Translations under genes and position numbers: made by a program
From: Synechococcus sp. A15-24
GTDB taxonomy: Bacteria; Cyanobacteriota; Cyanobacteriia; PCC-6307; Cyanobiaceae
Length of the DNA: 32,000 nucleotides
Assembly (NCBI RefSeq): GCF_014280195.1
Contig: NZ_CP047960.1
Coordinates: 2,040,001-2,072,000 of the forward strand
Direction of reading: 5' to 3'
Notes under the pieces: generated by a model
Seen by the model: only the letters and a program-made list of their open reading frames with translations
What the model was told of the DNA's origin: nothing
The model's database searches: none
Shown here: positions 27,873-32,000 of the stretch, in pieces
Numbering within the stretch: position 1 is the stretch's first letter
Layout: each line of letters starts with the position of its first letter

Positions 27873-28430
27873 ATGGAGCTTGATCTGGCCCTCGATGCCG
27901 CTGGTCCCTGGAGTCCCGAGGACCCCAGCTCCCTGATCGAGCCTGAAACCTGGCAAACAACTCTGTTCGACTGGATCCAAACGATCTGCGCCGACCCATC
28001 ACTGCCCTGTCCAGCGTTGGTGTGCCAAGCCGGAGAGGTGAGCCTGGGGCTGCGCTTCACCGACGACGCCACCATCACCGCGCTCAACAGCACCTGGCGT
28101 CAACGGAACCAGGCCACTGATGTGCTGTCGTTTGCGGCGCTGGAGGAAACCCCAGACTTGCCGGACGTGTCGTGCGTGGAACTGGGCGACATCGTGATCT
28201 CACTAGACACGGCTCGACGCCAGGCATCCGAGCAGGATCACAACCTCACCCGGGAACTGCGCTGGCTGGTGAGCCATGGCCTGTTGCATCTGCTGGGCTG
28301 GGACCATCCCGATGAGGACAGCCTCGCGGCGATGTTGCAACTGCAGGAGCAGCTGCTCGACGGTGGAGGTAACGTTCGAATCTCAGATCCGCATTCAGTG
28401 GACACCACGGTCGACGGCAATGCCCACTGA
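27873..28430 (+). CDS. ybeY: rRNA maturation endoribonuclease YbeY
   Basis: Zinc motif HGLLHLLGWDH, plus ATDVLSF. Start at ATG 27873 (MELDLALD); the track start at 27840 overlaps the preceding small gene. Confidence 0.9.
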   Translation: MELDLALDAAGPWSPEDPSSLIEPETWQTTLFDWIQTICADPSLPCPALVCQAGEVSLGLRFTDDATITALNSTWRQRNQATDVLSFAALEETPDLPDVSCVELGDIVISLDTARRQASEQDHNLTRELRWLVSHGLLHLLGWDHPDEDSLAAMLQLQEQLLDGGGNVRISDPHSVDTTVDGNAH

Positions 28431-28866
28431 GCTACCTCTGCCGGTGGAGAACGAACTCAAGGCCGTCAAGCTGGCGGCGCGACGCCGCAGCTGGCGGATC
28501 GCCGGGGACCTACCGGCCAGCTTTCGTTACGCGGCACAGGGGCTTGGTTATGCCTTCTCGAGCCAGCGCAACTTCCGCATTCACGTCGTCATCGGTGCGG
28601 TGGTCTTCGGCCTGGCGGTTGTGCTGCAACTGGATCTGATCCGCATGGCTGTGTTGGCGCTCACGGTCACGGCCGTGCTCGTGCTGGAACTGCTCAACAC
28701 CGCCATCGAGGCGGTGGTGGATCTGACCATCGGTCGTCGATACCACCCCCTGGCCCGCATCGCCAAGGACTGCGCCGCGGCCGCGGTGCTTGTGGCGGCC
28801 ATCAGCTCTCTGCTGATCGCCTTGTTCCTGCTGCTGCCACCGTTGCTGCTCCGCCTGAATTTCTGA
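28420..28866 (+). CDS. dgkA: diacylglycerol kinase (prokaryotic DgkA family)
   Basis: From ATG 28420: [22 protein letters not shown]..., [13 protein letters not shown], and [10 protein letters not shown], typical of DgkA. Overlaps the ybeY 3' end by 11 nt. Confidence 0.85.
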   Translation: MPTELPLPVENELKAVKLAARRRSWRIAGDLPASFRYAAQGLGYAFSSQRNFRIHVVIGAVVFGLAVVLQLDLIRMAVLALTVTAVLVLELLNTAIEAVVDLTIGRRYHPLARIAKDCAAAAVLVAAISSLLIALFLLLPPLLLRLNF

Positions 28867-28876
28867 GGTTCCGCCG

Positions 28877-29467
28877 ATGCTGCTGGTCATCGACAACTAC
28901 GACAGCTTCACCTTCAACCTGGTGCAGTACCTCGGTGAGCTGGCTCCCCATCACCCCATCGCGGCGGATCTCCAGGTGCACCGCAATGATGCGCTCACCC
29001 TGGCGCAGATCCGAGAACTGAAGCCAGACGCCATCCTTCTCTCGCCTGGTCCGGGCGATCCGGATCAGTCCGGCGTCTGCCTCGACGTACTGCGGGATCT
29101 GTCCCCCACCACTCCAACCCTTGGGGTTTGTCTGGGACATCAGGCCATCGCTCAGGTGCATGGCGGCCGCGTCGTGCGTGCCAGCCAACAGATGCATGGC
29201 AAAACCTCCCCCGTGCTGCACAACGGCGAAGGGGTGTTCGCCGGGCTACCTCAGCCCCTCACAGCCACCCGCTACCACTCCCTGATCGCCGAACGCAGCT
29301 CACTGCCGGACTGCCTGGAGGTGACGGCCTGGCTGGAGGACGGCACGATCATGGGCCTGCGCCACCGTGAACATCGCCATCTGCAGGGGGTGCAGTTTCA
29401 CCCCGAAAGCGTGCTAACCGACGCCGGCCACCAACTGCTGGCCAACTTTTTGCAGGAAGCCAGCTAA
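28877..29467 (+). CDS. trpG: glutamine amidotransferase subunit of anthranilate / aminodeoxychorismate synthase
   Basis: [19 protein letters not shown], the catalytic Cys in GVCLGHQAI, and GVQFHPES. Length is 196 aa. Confidence 0.9.
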   Translation: MLLVIDNYDSFTFNLVQYLGELAPHHPIAADLQVHRNDALTLAQIRELKPDAILLSPGPGDPDQSGVCLDVLRDLSPTTPTLGVCLGHQAIAQVHGGRVVRASQQMHGKTSPVLHNGEGVFAGLPQPLTATRYHSLIAERSSLPDCLEVTAWLEDGTIMGLRHREHRHLQGVQFHPESVLTDAGHQLLANFLQEAS

Positions 29468-29505
29468 GAACGCTGTTAGCGTCCGATCTCTATTGTTCAT
29501 TAGCC

Positions 29506-30225
29506 ATGCACGCCCTGCGCTCAGCTGCATTTGCCGCCACAGGATTGGCACTGAGCCTGCAGACCGTCGCTCATGCCGGTGGGGTCAGCATCAGCAGCTA
29601 TGGCCAACGGGCCCTGCTGATTCAGGGTGGTGGCCAATCGGTTCTGCTGAATCCCTACAAGGCTGTGGGTTGTGCAGCGGGCTTGCCAGAACCCCGTGTC
29701 AACGCAGGTGTCGTGCTGGCCAGCTCCGAACTAGCTGATGAAGGAGCCCGCGGTGTTGCCTCGGGACGCTTTCTGGTGGCGCCCGGCTCCTACAAGGTTG
29801 GAGGTCTGAATCTGGAGGGTTTCGCCAGCCCCCACGACCGGATCGAAGGCCGTCGCTTCGGCAACGCCACGATCTGGCGCTGGCAACAAGGTGGTCTCGA
29901 CTTTGCCCATGTGGGTGCCACCGCCGGACCGATCAGCGGCGCTGACCGTGTGCTTTTGGGCCGCCCCGATGTGCTGATCATCGGCGTAGGCGGAGGCGAC
30001 AAGATCTACAGCGGTGAAGAAGCTGCTGCTGTGGTGAAGCAGCTCAACCCCAGACGGGTCATCCCAGTGCAGTACATCAACGGCGATGCCCCTGCCAACT
30101 GCGATCAGGGCGGAGTTCAACCGTTCCTCAACGCCATGGGCAGCACCACCGTGGTGAATCCAGGCCGCAACATCAACCTCCCCGCCAACCTGCCCGACAC
30201 CACCGTGATCACGGTGTTGCGATAA
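29506..30225 (+). CDS. exported MBL-fold (Lactamase_B_3 / UPF0173-like) protein lacking the HxHxDH metal motif
   Basis: Signal peptide MHALRSAAFAATGLALSLQTVAHA. The overall pattern matches UPF0173-type MBL proteins (LLIQGGGQSVLLNPY; DFAHVGAT; PDVLIIGVGGGDKIYSGEEAAAVVKQLNPRRVIPVQY). The position of THxHxDH reads ASSELADE. Confidence 0.6.
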   Translation: MHALRSAAFAATGLALSLQTVAHAGGVSISSYGQRALLIQGGGQSVLLNPYKAVGCAAGLPEPRVNAGVVLASSELADEGARGVASGRFLVAPGSYKVGGLNLEGFASPHDRIEGRRFGNATIWRWQQGGLDFAHVGATAGPISGADRVLLGRPDVLIIGVGGGDKIYSGEEAAAVVKQLNPRRVIPVQYINGDAPANCDQGGVQPFLNAMGSTTVVNPGRNINLPANLPDTTVITVLR

Positions 30226-31210
30226 GGGGTGTTGCGCTGATCATTGCGGCCAATTCACCCCGACTCAGTCCGGCGATCAAGGCCAGCAACAGCAGCACTC
30301 GGGCCTTCTGCGGGCTCAAGTTGCCAGCGGGCAACAGCCCGAGCCGTTCATCCTCGTAATGATGGTGCACGGGGCCAGAACCACAGCGGTTGGCCCGCAG
30401 CATCAAAGGCCGTTTGCCTGGCCAAGCCTGCAGAACAGAACGCTCTGCCGCCGACAACTGTCCGGCTCCGGTGCCCGTGAACACCACCCCCATAGCACTG
30501 GCGTTGAGACAGGCCTGGAGCATCAACGACTCGGGCTCCACACAGCCGTAGACGATCGGCACCTTGGGCCATTGCTCCGGTAACGCAAGCTCTGCGAAGG
30601 GCACCCGGCGTGATCCGCTCGCCATCGGCAGATGAACGCCAACGTCATCCACCCAGCCCAAAGACCCGCTGCCGGGACTGGCAAAGGCCCTCACTCCCTG
30701 GGTCGCCATCTTGGTGACCCGCTGCGCGGCATGGATCTGGCCATCCATCACCACCAGTGCGCCGTGGCCACGGGCTTCACGGCTCAAAGCCACCTGCACC
30801 GCCTGGAACAGATTGAGCGGACCATCGGCACTGAGGGCCGTGGCCGGCCGCATCGCTCCCACCAGCACCACCGGCCGGAGATCGTCGATCAACAGCTCCA
30901 GCAACCAGGCGGTTTCCTCCAGGGTGTTGGTGCCATGGGTGATCACCACACCCGCCAGTTCGGGGTCCGCCGCGAAGGCAGCACGAATGCGCGCCACTAG
31001 CGCTCGCCAATGCTCAAACAACAGATCGGCACTGTCGACATTGGCCACCTGCTCGACGCTGATGGTCGCCAGGTCCTGCAACTGGGGGACCGCCGCCAGC
31101 AACGCGTCTCCCGCCATGGCACCGGCGGTGTAGTCGTTCAAACGGGTTGGGTCGCTTGCCTGGCCGGCGATGGTGCCGCCCGTGGCCAGCAACAGCAGCC
31201 GGCGGCTCAT
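30209..31210 (-). CDS. ansA: L-asparaginase, type II-like, no signal peptide; HGTNT replaces HGTDT
   Basis: From ATG 31210: LLLLATGGTIAG, NDYTAG, VITHGTNTLEETA, VGAMRPATALSADGPLNL, VTKM and LSPQKARVLLLLAL line up with E. coli AnsB motifs. ATGA overlap with the upstream aminotransferase stop (31207-31210). Confidence 0.85.
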   Translation of the reverse strand: MSRRLLLLATGGTIAGQASDPTRLNDYTAGAMAGDALLAAVPQLQDLATISVEQVANVDSADLLFEHWRALVARIRAAFAADPELAGVVITHGTNTLEETAWLLELLIDDLRPVVLVGAMRPATALSADGPLNLFQAVQVALSREARGHGALVVMDGQIHAAQRVTKMATQGVRAFASPGSGSLGWVDDVGVHLPMASGSRRVPFAELALPEQWPKVPIVYGCVEPESLMLQACLNASAMGVVFTGTGAGQLSAAERSVLQAWPGKRPLMLRANRCGSGPVHHHYEDERLGLLPAGNLSPQKARVLLLLALIAGLSRGELAAMISATPLIATP

Positions 31211-32000
31211 GGATCGATGCTCAGATAGGCCTCCATAAAGCGCTGCATCTGGCTGGTGGTGCCGATGCTGACGCGGAAACACCCATCAATCAGCGGTTTG
31301 CCCGCCATGGAACGGATCAGGATGCCCTCACTGCGCAAGGCCGCATCGATCTCTTCCACGGAGCGCCGGGGCCAGATCAACAGATAATTACCGCCATCGC
31401 AGTGGTGGCGCACGCCCGCGTCCCGCAGCGCCTGCAGGATCCAATCGCGAGCACGCAGCACCTCGGCCACATAGGCGTCCACATACGACTGATCGGCCAA
31501 GGCAGCAAACGCTGCAGCCACGGCCACGCTGTTGACGTCGTAAGGCCCCGTGACGCGGCTCACCCGATCGACCACATCGGCATGACCAATGGCAAAGCCA
31601 ATCCGCAACCCCGCCAATCCAGCTGTTTTGGCCAAGGAGCGGAACACCAGCAGATTCGGTGTGGCCGTGAAATCCGCGCTCGGCAGCACGCTGTCCCCGG
31701 TGAAGGCCTCGTAGAGCTCATCCACCACCACCAAGGTGCCCGGGGCTGAGGCCGCCAAAGCAATCACCTGATCCGCTGGCAAGCGCGTGCCGGTGGGGTT
31801 GTTGGGGTTGCAGATCAACAGCAACCGCGGCGTGCGAGCCGCCAACGCCTCCTGAATGGCCGCCAGGGGGAAGTCAAACGTCTCCCCCTCGTAGGAGATC
31901 GCCTTGATCGTCATGCCCTGCATCCCAGCGCAGGGGCTGTAGTACCCGAAGGTGGGCGCTGTGGTCAGCAAAGTTTCACCGGCATCGCCATAGGCCTGCA
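31207..32000 (-). CDS. class I/II (HisC-like) pyridoxal-phosphate aminotransferase; 3' part only, gene continues past the right edge
   Basis: ICNPNNPTG motif and PLP-lysine region FRSLAKTAGLAGLRIGF. The frame stays open upstream of the track start (…QAYGDAGETLLTTAPTFG) to position 32000. Confidence 0.82.
   Translation of the reverse strand, partial: QAYGDAGETLLTTAPTFGYYSPCAGMQGMTIKAISYEGETFDFPLAAIQEALAARTPRLLLICNPNNPTGTRLPADQVIALAASAPGTLVVVDELYEAFTGDSVLPSADFTATPNLLVFRSLAKTAGLAGLRIGFAIGHADVVDRVSRVTGPYDVNSVAVAAAFAALADQSYVDAYVAEVLRARDWILQALRDAGVRHHCDGGNYLLIWPRRSVEEIDAALRSEGILIRSMAGKPLIDGCFRVSIGTTSQMQRFMEAYLSIDP

Overview
This is a high-GC, very compact (roughly 97% coding) stretch of core chromosome. 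Gene content and order match a picocyanobacterium of the marine/estuarine Synechococcus-Cyanobium type. The supporting genes are the ndhA-I-G-E operon, ndhH, chlM, a phylloquinone men cluster, gshB-grxC and the prfB-ybeY-dgkA run. I call 41 protein-coding genes, two of them cut by the window edges, plus one recoding site. I found no rRNA, tRNA, CRISPR array, IS or transposase, integrase or phage gene, and no intergenic gap longer than about 95 bp that could hold one. Many ORF-track entries are antisense or N-terminally over-extended artefacts of the GC-rich, stop-poor composition, so I trimmed starts where conserved N-termini or upstream gene ends allowed. All family assignments come from reading motifs in the translations; no database search was run.

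I do not see a convincing new multi-gene system, and the window looks like ordinary housekeeping sequence. The points worth a second look are:
- prfB needs the classical +1 frameshift (CTT TGA C), which the ORF track misses.
- Two small membrane-protein genes (a TM2-domain protein and a 60-aa ORF) are chained to menA-menC-menE with no intergenic bases.
- Four enzyme-family genes carry substitutions at canonical catalytic or metal-binding positions: an RluA-type pseudouridine synthase (HRLD to HRLG), MenC (strand-6 Lys to Arg), an asparaginase (HGTDT to HGTNT) and an exported MBL-fold protein lacking the HxHxDH motif.
- Two genes have conserved N-terminal sequence upstream of any ATG, GTG or TTG codon.
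- All seven convergent gene junctions overlap or are 6 bp apart, which leaves no room for terminators.
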